Assembly (NCBI GenBank): GCA_030429505.1
Contig: JAUIFI010000001.1
Location: 60,001-92,000 of the forward strand
Source: Candidatus Saccharimonadota bacterium
GTDB lineage: Bacteria > Patescibacteriota > Gracilibacteria > UBA4473
Direction of reading: 5' to 3'
DNA: 32,000 bases
Below the pieces are notes generated by a model. That model had not been told where the DNA came from. It saw nothing but the letters and a program-made list of their open reading frames with translations, and did not search any database. Position numbers and translations under genes: made by a program. How positions within the stretch are numbered: position 1 is the stretch's first letter; every line of letters starts with the position of its first letter. Of the stretch, positions 17,912 through 25,943 are shown in pieces.

Positions 17912-18120
17912 AACACCAAGATAGTACACCTCTGGTATATTTTTGCAAAAAAAAGCAAAAAAATTATACCCATAAAATTTACATGAAATCAAAATGAATT
18001 ATTGACAATTTAATAATTACTATCTATAGGACAATAGCTCTTTAAAAGATACGGAAAAATGATTGAAGAGGGAGCAAAAGAAAGGCTCTCGCTACGAAAC
18101 TAACAAACAGGAGAATAATC

Positions 18121-18414
18121 ATGTCGATTCCATCTTGCGGTATACATATACCTTCGGACCTAATTACAGAGCGAAAGGTGGCACGCATGATCTTACGAGT
18201 TATTGGTGGAGACCATATAACTTGCCATCAGTTAGACTTTGTTTGGAAATCTTTGCGGTCTAAGGTTGCATCAGAATTATTGATGCAACCAGAAAAATTC
18301 TCTCACCTGACAGAAACGGATATACTTCCGATTCTGGAAACTCTGAAGCAGAAAAACGAAAAAACAAATCCATCACTTTATGAGCAATGGATGAATTCAG
18401 AGGAGAAACTATGA
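18121..18414 (+). CDS. hypothetical small protein (cassette ORF 1 of 3)
   Basis: 97 aa. AGGAG (18109-18113) lies 7 nt before the ATG. The stop overlaps the next ATG (ATGA at 18411-18414). Confidence 0.55.
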   Translation: MSIPSCGIHIPSDLITERKVARMILRVIGGDHITCHQLDFVWKSLRSKVASELLMQPEKFSHLTETDILPILETLKQKNEKTNPSLYEQWMNSEEKL

Positions 18415-18560
18415 AAGTAGCATTGGGAAGTCTTAAAGCTTTAAGACTTCCTCATTCAGTGGATTGGCTGTCTGAATTTCAACGCCTTGCAAAAAAGCGA
18501 AAGCGTCTTGTCGAGGCAACGAAAAAACACAAACGAAGTGAGGAGGGAAAGAAGGCATGA
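18411..18560 (+). CDS. hypothetical small basic protein (cassette ORF 2 of 3, below the ORF-track cutoff)
   Basis: My translation gives 49 aa: MKVALGSLKALRLPHSVDWLSEFQRLAKKRKRLVEATKKHKRSEEGKKA. AGGAG (18401-18405) lies 5 nt before the ATG. ATGA overlaps occur at both ends. Confidence 0.45.
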   Translation: MKVALGSLKALRLPHSVDWLSEFQRLAKKRKRLVEATKKHKRSEEGKKA

Positions 18561-18769
18561 AACGGATTACTGGGATTTATATTTTTTTACAACACAAATT
18601 GGGATATTTGTTTATGGGGAAAATCGCTCAGCCAAAACCCGGAAGTAACGAGGCTAGAAAAGATAAAACAAATCTGAAAAATACTCAGGCTTTATCAACT
18701 GCCCCAAAGTTTGAGAGGACTACTCAGTTATGTGATTGTGGGTACGATCGCAAATCAAAACCCACATAA
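18557..18769 (+). CDS. hypothetical small protein (cassette ORF 3 of 3)
   Basis: 70 aa. AGGAGG (18541-18546) lies upstream, and the ATG overlaps the previous stop (ATGA at 18557-18560). The N-terminus reads 'GIYIFLQHKLGYLFMG'. Confidence 0.45.
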   Translation: MKRITGIYIFLQHKLGYLFMGKIAQPKPGSNEARKDKTNLKNTQALSTAPKFERTTQLCDCGYDRKSKPT

Positions 18770-18825
18770 ATTCTTCCGAAGTGGTTAGCAATCTCTTTTG
18801 CTCCACTTCCTCTTCAGTCATTTTT

Positions 18826-20847
18826 CTAAAAATACACCTCCCCTCGTTCTACTTCTCGTTTCAACGCTGGATAGCTTTCAAGTGTTACATCTTCTTTCAA
18901 AATACTAATCGCCCAGTCGCGAGCTTTTTGGAGTAATTCAAGATTCGTCAGGTCTGCACACTTGAGATCCGGTAACCCGCTTTGACGTGTTCCGTATATT
19001 TCTCCCATCCCTCTGAGTTTCAAGTCGACTTCTGCCAAATACATCCCATTATTCGATTTCTCCATAGCACGAAGTCTTTGCTTTTGTGCATCATCTTTTT
19101 TCCCGACCATAAGAAAACAATAACTTTGCATATCATTCCTCCCAATTCGACCTCGGAATTGATGTAATTGCGATAACCCAAATCGTTCAGAATTTTCAAT
19201 CACCATCACGGTTGCATTCGGTATATCCACCCCTACTTCAATCACTGAAGTTGATACCAAAATATCAAATTCATGATCACGAAACCGACGCATAATAGCA
19301 TCTTTTTCCTTCGCTTTCATTTTGCCATGTAAAAACTCTACTCTTCTTTTTGGAAAGAGTTCGTTATTAATCCGTTCAAATTCATGCTTTACATTTTTAG
19401 CTTCGATTTTATCTGATTCATCAATCAATGGACATACCCAGAAAATTTGCCGACCTTTTTCAATCTGATCATCAATAAATCGATAACACAGCGTACTTGC
19501 TTTCTCATCATGAACCACACGAGTTATAATCGATTTTCTTCCTGCCGGCATCTCATCAATGACCGAAATATCTTGGTCGCCATACATAGTCAATGCCAAA
19601 GTTCTTGGGATAGGAGTCGCTGTCATGGCGAGTACATGAGAATTATTCTGCGCTAAAATTGCTCGTTGTTGTACGCCAAATCGGTGTTGTTCATCAATCA
19701 CCGCCAGACCGAGATTTTTAAAAACAGTATCTTCAGTAAAAAGCGCATGAGTACCAATCAAAATCTGAATATCACCATGAGCGAGCTTATTCTTAATATT
19801 TTGTTTGTTTTTAGCCGTAACAGAACCGGTCAGAAGTTCTACCCGCATTGTTGATGGGAAAAATTTCAGAGCATTTGCGAAATGTTGTTTAGCGAGGATT
19901 TCAGTTGGTGCTAAAATAGCCACTTGGGACCGTGAGCGTGCCATGTGCAATCCAGCTAAAAAAGCCACAATAGTTTTCCCACTCCCTACATCCCCCTGCA
20001 TCAAACGATGCATCGGCTTGTCCGCCTCAAAATCTTTCAGAACTTGATAGAGGCATTTCTTCTGAGCAGTTGTGAGTTCAAATGGTAATTTTTCAATATC
20101 TGCCTTCACCTGATCAGTATTCATAGCAACTAGGTATTTATTCTGAGTTTTTTTTTCTCTCAAAAATTTTTCTCGCATCACTCGAACCTGAATAGAAAAA
20201 ATCTCTTCAAAACCAAGTCTATGGCGAGCTTGATACCACGATTCACTATCTTTGGGACGATGGATCGTATGAATCGCTTCGGCTTTCCCCATGAATTTTT
20301 CTGATTGTAAAATCTTATGTGGCAATATTTCCGAAAACTCTTTTACAAAGACCAAAAGCCCCGTTATTTTTTCCCGTAGCCACTTAGACGTAATGGGAGG
20401 GGATTCTGGATAAATCGCTCTTAGTGCTCCGATATGAACATTCCGATCCAAATGAATCTCAGGATTAGATACCTGAATTTTTCCGTAATTACGATCAATT
20501 TTTCCCACCAAAAAAACTCGAGATTCATCTCGCATATTCCGAAGTAAATAGGGGATTTGAAACCAGATTACATCGAGTACTGAACCATCATTCAATGTCA
20601 AAGCAGCTCGGGCAATTTTTTTTCCTCGAGTTGTTGTTTCTTTGCGAACATCGGTGAGAATACCCGAAACAGTTTGTTTGACTCCAAGCTGAATGTGGCG
20701 AAAGTCAGAGCTTATTTCGGTGGATTCAATTGCTCGAGGAAAAAATTCCAAAGCATCACGAATAGTTGAAATCCCCATTCTTTCAAGTTTCGCCAAATGA
20801 GTTTTTGTAGTCTTGAGCGTTTGTGAAAGAGGGAAGTCAATATTCAT
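18826..20847 (-). CDS. recG: ATP-dependent DNA helicase RecG
   Basis: 673 aa from ATG 20847 (MNIDFPLSQ...; an alternative start lies at 20877). Wedge/OB N-terminal region; 'GDVGSGKT' (motif I), 'DEQHRFG' (II), 'MTATPIPRT', 'QLHQFRGRIGR' (VI). Confidence 0.93.
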   Translation of the reverse strand: MNIDFPLSQTLKTTKTHLAKLERMGISTIRDALEFFPRAIESTEISSDFRHIQLGVKQTVSGILTDVRKETTTRGKKIARAALTLNDGSVLDVIWFQIPYLLRNMRDESRVFLVGKIDRNYGKIQVSNPEIHLDRNVHIGALRAIYPESPPITSKWLREKITGLLVFVKEFSEILPHKILQSEKFMGKAEAIHTIHRPKDSESWYQARHRLGFEEIFSIQVRVMREKFLREKKTQNKYLVAMNTDQVKADIEKLPFELTTAQKKCLYQVLKDFEADKPMHRLMQGDVGSGKTIVAFLAGLHMARSRSQVAILAPTEILAKQHFANALKFFPSTMRVELLTGSVTAKNKQNIKNKLAHGDIQILIGTHALFTEDTVFKNLGLAVIDEQHRFGVQQRAILAQNNSHVLAMTATPIPRTLALTMYGDQDISVIDEMPAGRKSIITRVVHDEKASTLCYRFIDDQIEKGRQIFWVCPLIDESDKIEAKNVKHEFERINNELFPKRRVEFLHGKMKAKEKDAIMRRFRDHEFDILVSTSVIEVGVDIPNATVMVIENSERFGLSQLHQFRGRIGRNDMQSYCFLMVGKKDDAQKQRLRAMEKSNNGMYLAEVDLKLRGMGEIYGTRQSGLPDLKCADLTNLELLQKARDWAISILKEDVTLESYPALKREVERGEVYF

Positions 20848-21029
20848 CGTTTCTAATTGTAGCAAAACAAATAACAAGAAAAACTAATTATCTCAAAAGG
20901 ATTTACCTAATTAAAGTATAAAATAAAATGTGTTTTGAGAAACATCAATAAAAAATCATGTACACAATTTGTTTCCTTAAAAAAAGGATGATAAAGTAAA
21001 AAGGTAAGATACCTTATCTCAAAAACAAA

Positions 21030-21443
21030 ATGAAAAACCTTAAAAAATTAATTGCACCATCTCTTGGTTTGCTAGCAGTACTAGGGCTTTTTGCCTTTGA
21101 TGCTCATTCACTCGTATTAGCGCAAGGCGGGGGAGTCAATAACGGGCTGATTCGGGTGGAAGACAATCCACAAAATATTCAAGAGGCAACTACCTTTGGA
21201 GGCTCATTTCGTCAAGCATTAACAACTATTGTAAATTTCTTCCTCTTTTTCTTGGGGATTATTGCTACAATTATGGTTATTTATGGTGGTTTTCTCTACA
21301 TTACTTCTGGGGGAGACGACACAGAAAAAGCCAAAAAAGTACTCATGTATGCTGCTATTGGGATCATAGTAGTTCTGATTGCTTTTGCTCTCGTCAACAC
21401 TCTCCTTGGATCAGGAGATGCAGGAGGTACAGGAGCCAATTAG
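21030..21443 (+). CDS. small secreted membrane protein, TrbC/VirB2-like 'pilin' type
   Basis: 137 aa. Signal peptide (LLAVLGLFAFDAHS), then two TM helices flanking 'YGGFLYITSGGDDTEKAKKVLMYAAIGIIVVL'. This layout is typical of T4SS-pilin-like proteins that are abundant in CPR genomes. Confidence 0.55.
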   Translation: MKNLKKLIAPSLGLLAVLGLFAFDAHSLVLAQGGGVNNGLIRVEDNPQNIQEATTFGGSFRQALTTIVNFFLFFLGIIATIMVIYGGFLYITSGGDDTEKAKKVLMYAAIGIIVVLIAFALVNTLLGSGDAGGTGAN

Positions 21444-21462
21444 ACATTTCTTTGGAAAACTT

Positions 21463-21493
21463 AAAAAAACCGGTCTTATGGACCGGTTTTTTT
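21463..21493. terminator. bidirectional intrinsic terminator between convergent genes
   Basis: A7 run, ACCGGTC (21469-21475), loop TTATG, GACCGGT (21481-21487), then a T7 run. The element is symmetric, so it can serve both strands. Confidence 0.8.
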
Positions 21494-21512
21494 GTGTCTA
21501 CGATTATATTAC

Positions 21513-22550
21513 TCAAAGTAATTTTTTTAGCACAGACAGCGTCAATTGACCTTTTTGCGCTCCAAACTTCTGTATGACCGAACCGGCATTGAGAGTCCCC
21601 CATCGTAATTGATTTTCAATAGATTGATCTTTTAAAACAGCAGATATAAACCCCACCGAAAAGGCATCGCCAGCTCCCAAAGTACTTTGAATGTCGACAT
21701 CTGGAGCAGCAACATAAAAATGATTTCCTTTTTGATCAAAAAGTTGAGCTCCACGTTTTGCATCAGTAATCACCAAGGTTTTAATACCAGTTTTGAGTAA
21801 CTTTTGAGCTATATTTCTCACATCGAAAAGACGTCGAGGCTGAAATTCATTCTCAATAATCACATGTTTTCCGAGTTCTTTTTCCGTAAACTTTGATCTT
21901 TCTCTTAACACAAAAGATTCACCAGAAAACTTCGCGGCTTCTTCTTTATTCATAATGAGAAGATCTGTGTGAGGTAAAATTTCCGCAAAAGCTTTAAATC
22001 CCTTTTGAATTTGTGTTTCCCCTGGATTCCAAGCAAAAAAACAACCACCCTGCTTCTTCCACTTCGGAATAGAACAAATCATATCTTCTGACTTCTCTGA
22101 CACATGCCCTACGTACACTGCTTTGGTTATTGGAGCCTTCAATAAGTGATGAGGTTCAAAATCCTCTTTTGGATTTTTATAATGAAAAATAGTTCTTCGC
22201 CCTTCCGGAGTTGTCAAAACCATAGAAAAACTGGAAGGGCTGTTTTTTCGAATCGTCAAAAAATCACGTCTTACGTTATTCGTCTCAAGTACGTTTAAAA
22301 TGTAGTTCCCTACTTCATCATCGCCGATAAAGCCAAAAGCTGCTGACTGAAATCCCATTTTAGAAAAACCGATAGAAGTATTGGCGGCTGATCCTCCACA
22401 CGATTTAAAAATAGATTCCACCTGAATCTTGTCTCCCACAGGAAAATGAAAATTTTCCTCATTAGAAATCTTTATCGATTCAGAAGGCTTGAGAAAGGTA
22501 TCAAGCGTAATGGAACCAAAGCACAAAATATCAAAGGAATGAGACTTCAT
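21513..22550 (-). CDS. PfkB-family carbohydrate/nucleoside kinase
   Basis: 345 aa. 'GGSAANTSIGFSKMGF' (PfkB signature 1 region) and 'TLGAGDAFSVGF' (signature 2). Confidence 0.8.
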   Translation of the reverse strand: MKSHSFDILCFGSITLDTFLKPSESIKISNEENFHFPVGDKIQVESIFKSCGGSAANTSIGFSKMGFQSAAFGFIGDDEVGNYILNVLETNNVRRDFLTIRKNSPSSFSMVLTTPEGRRTIFHYKNPKEDFEPHHLLKAPITKAVYVGHVSEKSEDMICSIPKWKKQGGCFFAWNPGETQIQKGFKAFAEILPHTDLLIMNKEEAAKFSGESFVLRERSKFTEKELGKHVIIENEFQPRRLFDVRNIAQKLLKTGIKTLVITDAKRGAQLFDQKGNHFYVAAPDVDIQSTLGAGDAFSVGFISAVLKDQSIENQLRWGTLNAGSVIQKFGAQKGQLTLSVLKKLL

Positions 22551-22603
22551 CCCTTCATTATACCACAGTTTCTAAAGGATTTAAAGATCTACTTCTAAAA
22601 ATA

Positions 22604-22632
22604 AACATATTTTTGACAAAATAGTTGAAATA
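22604..22632 (+). promoter_or_regulatory. strong sigma70-like promoter, ~170 nt upstream of CDS 22809
   Basis: TTGACA (22604-22609), 17-nt spacer, TATAAA (22627-22632). Confidence 0.55.
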
Positions 22633-22808
22633 TTTTATAAAGAAATTGAGTGTGATGTTTTTTTAGAGAAAAAGCTCTTTAACAGAATCAAAAAAAAGAA
22701 AATTGAGGTGGGGGAACGGTTTGAAGAAATCAGTGTTCCCAGGGTTTTCCAAAGTGTTGGAAAATCTGATTCCTATAAATTACTTTTACTTCACAAAAGG
22801 AAGAAAAA

Positions 22809-23252
22809 ATGTTAGACCACGTAGTCGTGCAACCGAGTGCTATAGCGAAAGTAGCGGTTCAATTAAGAGAAAATGCCTTGTACGGTAACAGCACAAATGT
22901 CAAAAGGTGTTCTCAAACACTGAAAATATTGGATGAATTCATCCAAACACACCTTCGTCAAGAACTGTGCGTGCTTCATTCAACTATTACACACTGGGAA
23001 GGCGATTCCCGGTTATCATGGAGTGATAAAAAACAGTTTTTGTCAGCACTGAAAAGTGCCGGAGAAGTCCTATTGGAAGATGTGTCTTTGGTTCTTGGTC
23101 ATATAAAAGATAGGATGAGAAAAATGGCTCTGAAGTCTAATGATGATGACGACCAAGCAATAAGCGAAATTTTAAGAATGTTTTCCGATGAGTTCATCAA
23201 AGTAGTCGCCACGGGGAAATTCGATGCTATGCATATCGAAAAAGCCGTTTAA
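22809..23252 (+). CDS. hypothetical protein
   Basis: 147 aa with no recognisable motif. 'AAGGAAG' lies 7-8 nt upstream of the ATG, and a clear terminator lies downstream. Confidence 0.55.
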   Translation: MLDHVVVQPSAIAKVAVQLRENALYGNSTNVKRCSQTLKILDEFIQTHLRQELCVLHSTITHWEGDSRLSWSDKKQFLSALKSAGEVLLEDVSLVLGHIKDRMRKMALKSNDDDDQAISEILRMFSDEFIKVVATGKFDAMHIEKAV

Positions 23253-23283
23253 ATAAGCTTCAATGCTCTAACATTGTTATAGC

Positions 23284-23330
23284 AGGTGGAGTAAGACAGA
23301 CCGTCCCTCTCCACCTTAGTTTTCTTTTTT
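23284..23330 (+). terminator. intrinsic terminator
   Basis: AGGTGGAG (23284-23291) pairs with CTCCACCT (23309-23316). A T-rich tail TAGTTTTCTTTTTT follows (23317-23330). Confidence 0.75.
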
Positions 23331-23449
23331 GTATCGAATACGAGAGATCGGACTTTTACTCCGGAAACCATTTACAATAAAGAAGTGTGGACACATGCTC
23401 GAAGAAAAGTCCGGTCTCCAAATGAAAAGAAAAGACTAAATGCTAAAAA

Positions 23450-24712
23450 TCAGGAAATAATACTGAGAAGCTTGTCCTCATCAATCTCCGGACCAATACC
23501 CGCAAATCGAAAATTTTCAGGACGAAGAAGTTGTCGAGACAAATCTTCCACCTCACGCTTCGTGACCGAACGAAGGCGTTTTTTCCAGTCATCAAATTGC
23601 TCGGTTTTATTGTACAGAAGCTCATCCTTCGCAAAATGATGAGCCACCCCTTCGGTGTCTTCCGTATTGAGATCTACCTTCCCACACAGATAATTCTGAG
23701 CTTTTTTGAGTTCTGCATCGGTAATACCTTTGTCCACAACCTGGTCATACTCAAACCGAATCGCCTCTACTGCACGTAAAACATCATCAAGCTTCACGCC
23801 AGCTCTGGTCGTCATCAAACCAGTATCGGTAAACTCATCCACTTGCGTACGAATCGAATAGCATAGCCCTTTTTCTTCTCTCACATTTTGAAACATTCGT
23901 GCACTCATATTTCCTCCCAAGATTGTAGCCAGAACCTTTAAAACAGGATATTGGCTATCTGATTCTGCCACCGCCCGAACTCCAAGAGAAATATGATATT
24001 GTTCGGTTTTTTTTCGACGAATCTTGAATTTATCAGTCTTTAAATCCCAATCAAAGGGTTTCATGTCACGACCTTGCTCCATATCAGGAAACGAAAAATA
24101 CTCCTCCAATAGATCTAAACTCTTTTCATTCACGGCTCCCGCTACGCTAATTACCATATTAGAGGGGACGTACAATTCTTTCTGATACTGTTGGAATTGT
24201 GCTTGTGTGACTGACTTGATCAGCTCTTTTGTTCCGATCTGATCGCGTCCCAAAGGCTGATCACCAAAGACCAACTGTTCAAAATCCCAACTGATCTGAT
24301 ACATCGGGGCATCCAGATACATTGCCATTTCTTCTAAGATCACCCCTCGCTCTTTCTCGATTTCTTTCTCATCAAACCGAGAATGAAGGAGCATATCAGA
24401 TAAGACATCCACGGCTTTGGTCAGATTTTCTTGTCCACTTTTGACATAGTAACCGGCATATTCTTTTCCGGTAAACGCATTAAATTCCCCTCCAAAGCTA
24501 TCCACCGCTTCTGCCACGGCTTTTGGAGTCGTATATTTTTTTGCCCCCTTGAAAAACATGTGTTCCAAAAAATGAGAGATTCCGGCAATCTCGATATTTT
24601 CATATCGAGAACCAGCCCCAGCCAAGATCAAAGTCGTCACGACATTCGTTCCCGGCATCTCAATTGCTTGAAGTCGTAAACCATTGGAAAGCGTTCGTGC
24701 GTGTATCTTCAT
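23450..24712 (-). CDS. M16-family (pitrilysin/insulinase) zinc peptidase
   Basis: 420 aa. Inverted zinc motif 'HFLEHMFFKG' plus the downstream 'ERGVILEEMAMY' glutamate region. Confidence 0.88.
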   Translation of the reverse strand: MKIHARTLSNGLRLQAIEMPGTNVVTTLILAGAGSRYENIEIAGISHFLEHMFFKGAKKYTTPKAVAEAVDSFGGEFNAFTGKEYAGYYVKSGQENLTKAVDVLSDMLLHSRFDEKEIEKERGVILEEMAMYLDAPMYQISWDFEQLVFGDQPLGRDQIGTKELIKSVTQAQFQQYQKELYVPSNMVISVAGAVNEKSLDLLEEYFSFPDMEQGRDMKPFDWDLKTDKFKIRRKKTEQYHISLGVRAVAESDSQYPVLKVLATILGGNMSARMFQNVREEKGLCYSIRTQVDEFTDTGLMTTRAGVKLDDVLRAVEAIRFEYDQVVDKGITDAELKKAQNYLCGKVDLNTEDTEGVAHHFAKDELLYNKTEQFDDWKKRLRSVTKREVEDLSRQLLRPENFRFAGIGPEIDEDKLLSIIS

Positions 24713-25000
24713 AAAAAGAAAGTTATCGTGGGAGATTCTACTCGTTTTTTACTAAGAAGACAATGGATTAAGACCGTATATCAAAAAACCTCGACATCAA
24801 ATATTTGACATCAAGGTAAATGAAGTTTAAAAATTTAATAGAATTTTCATGACACAATGAGAATTCACTTTGTTCTTTCATTTTATATTTTTATAAAATG
24901 AGTCCGTGTGATACAATACGGACAAGGCTAAAACACGTTTTGTTTACAAAATTATTCACAAGTCAAAAACGTGAAAAACAAGGTAAACAAAACACAAAGT

Positions 25001-25044
25001 ACCCGTTCTCTTTCCGCCACGTGCACGAAGAAACGGGTTTTTTT
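25001..25044. terminator. hairpin terminator at the 3' end of the VIT1 gene; the canonical T-run is on the + strand
   Basis: ACCCGTT (25001-25007) pairs with AACGGGT (25032-25038). A T7 run follows on + (25038-25044). On the - strand the hairpin follows the VIT1 stop and precedes ACTTTGTGTTTTGTTT. Confidence 0.6.
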
Positions 25045-25786
25045 ATGCAATCATTTTTTCTAGTATGTCTCCCACAGCATAAGCCACGATAGCAGCAGCT
25101 CCTCCAAGAAGCAAAGTCTCTATCATGCCACGCAGTTTGTGAGAGCCAGTTACATAACTTTTCAAAAACCCAATGAAGACAAAAGCCGCTCCTGTCATCA
25201 CGCTAGACCAGAAAAAAAGACGATTTTGATCCATATTCACCCAATATGCCGCCACATATACGAGCAGGGGAATGATTCCCATGAGTACAAAGGCACTAAT
25301 GGTCATGAGAGCTGTGAGATACGGTGATCGGTCTTCTCGTTGCATCTCCAGCTCCTCTTTCATCATCACATCGACCCATCGGTCTTTATCCGCAGTAATG
25401 ACATCGACTACTTGGTCAAGTAATTTTCCTTTAAACCCCTTGGCTCGATAAATATCGTAAATTTCTTCTCGTTCTTTTTCCGGCATATGCTCGATTTCCC
25501 AGTATTCTATTTTTTTATGTTTTTCATAGTTTTGAATTTCAGATTTTGTGGATAAAAAATTTCCCACCGACATTGCAAATCCATCTGCCAATAAATTTGC
25601 AAATCCCAGTATCAAAACCACAGGCACATCTAAACCCCCTCCAGCCGAACCCGCTACTACCGCAAAAGTCGTCACACTTCCATCAATCCCTCCATATACA
25701 AACTCTCCTAAATAACGGTGAAAACGAGAGAAAATGGAATTGCGATGATGGATCGTATTTTCGTGATGTTCATTGGATTCAGACAT
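25043..25786 (-). CDS. VIT1/CCC1-family Fe2+/Mn2+ transporter
   Basis: 247 aa from ATG 25786 ([14 protein letters not shown]...). '[20 protein letters not shown]', '[19 protein letters not shown]', a central cytoplasmic helical 'EKEREEI' region, and C-terminal TM helices. The tracked TTG-initiated 52-aa extension covers a promoter and a terminator, so I rejected it. Confidence 0.8.
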   Translation of the reverse strand: MSESNEHHENTIHHRNSIFSRFHRYLGEFVYGGIDGSVTTFAVVAGSAGGGLDVPVVLILGFANLLADGFAMSVGNFLSTKSEIQNYEKHKKIEYWEIEHMPEKEREEIYDIYRAKGFKGKLLDQVVDVITADKDRWVDVMMKEELEMQREDRSPYLTALMTISAFVLMGIIPLLVYVAAYWVNMDQNRLFFWSSVMTGAAFVFIGFLKSYVTGSHKLRGMIETLLLGGAAAIVAYAVGDILEKMIA

Positions 25787-25839
25787 ATCGCTACTGTATC
25801 GGAAAGAGAATCCATTGCCAATATATTTCAGTATGCACG

Positions 25840-25870
25840 AAAAAAAACTGGATCCTGTTGCAGGATCCAG
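25840..25870 (-). terminator. intrinsic terminator inside the 5' leader of the VIT1 gene (attenuator or riboswitch expression platform)
   Basis: On the - strand CTGGATCCTG, loop CAA, CAGGATCCAG form a perfect 10-bp stem (25848-25870). A T8 run follows (25840-25847). The element lies 53 nt upstream of the ATG. Confidence 0.75.
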
Positions 25871-25943
25871 TCGGATAAAGAAGGAAGAGCCTTGCTCTAT
25901 CCCTATAGAGGTACAACGTTTGGCATAACGCTGTAACAACAAA

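Noticed and set aside
18557-18769. GIY-YIG nuclease remnant suggested by 'GIYIFLQHKLGYLFMG' at the N-terminus of cassette ORF 3
   Set aside because: Only the first two motif elements are vaguely present. The catalytic Arg/Glu region and the rest of the ~90-aa fold are missing, so the match is too weak to call.
22703-22888. 61-aa ORF overlapping the leader and the start of CDS 22809
   Set aside because: It has a non-ATG start and no SD. It is out of frame with the better-supported 147-aa ORF and lies in a region better explained as structured RNA.
24813-24836. Direct repeat GACATCAA-atattt-GACATCAA upstream of the M16 peptidase gene, as a possible operator
   Set aside because: It is only two 8-nt copies in AT-rich DNA. 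It may be part of the peptidase promoter (TTGATG on the minus strand). There is too little information to call it a binding site.
24898-25092. 64-aa plus-strand ORF in the peptidase-VIT1 gap
   Set aside because: It runs through a terminator hairpin and antisense into the VIT1 coding region, and it has no SD. The region is more likely non-coding.
25840-25940. yybP-ykoY (Mn2+) riboswitch assignment for the VIT1 leader
   Set aside because: I could not find the conserved GGGGAGUAG and UUGACAUA loop cores. Only a weak AGCAAGG resemblance is present, so the class is left open.
25787-25942. TTG-initiated 52-aa N-terminal extension of the VIT1 ORF
   Set aside because: The extension would be translated through a good promoter and a perfect terminator hairpin with a T8 run. 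VIT1 homology begins after the ATG at 25786.
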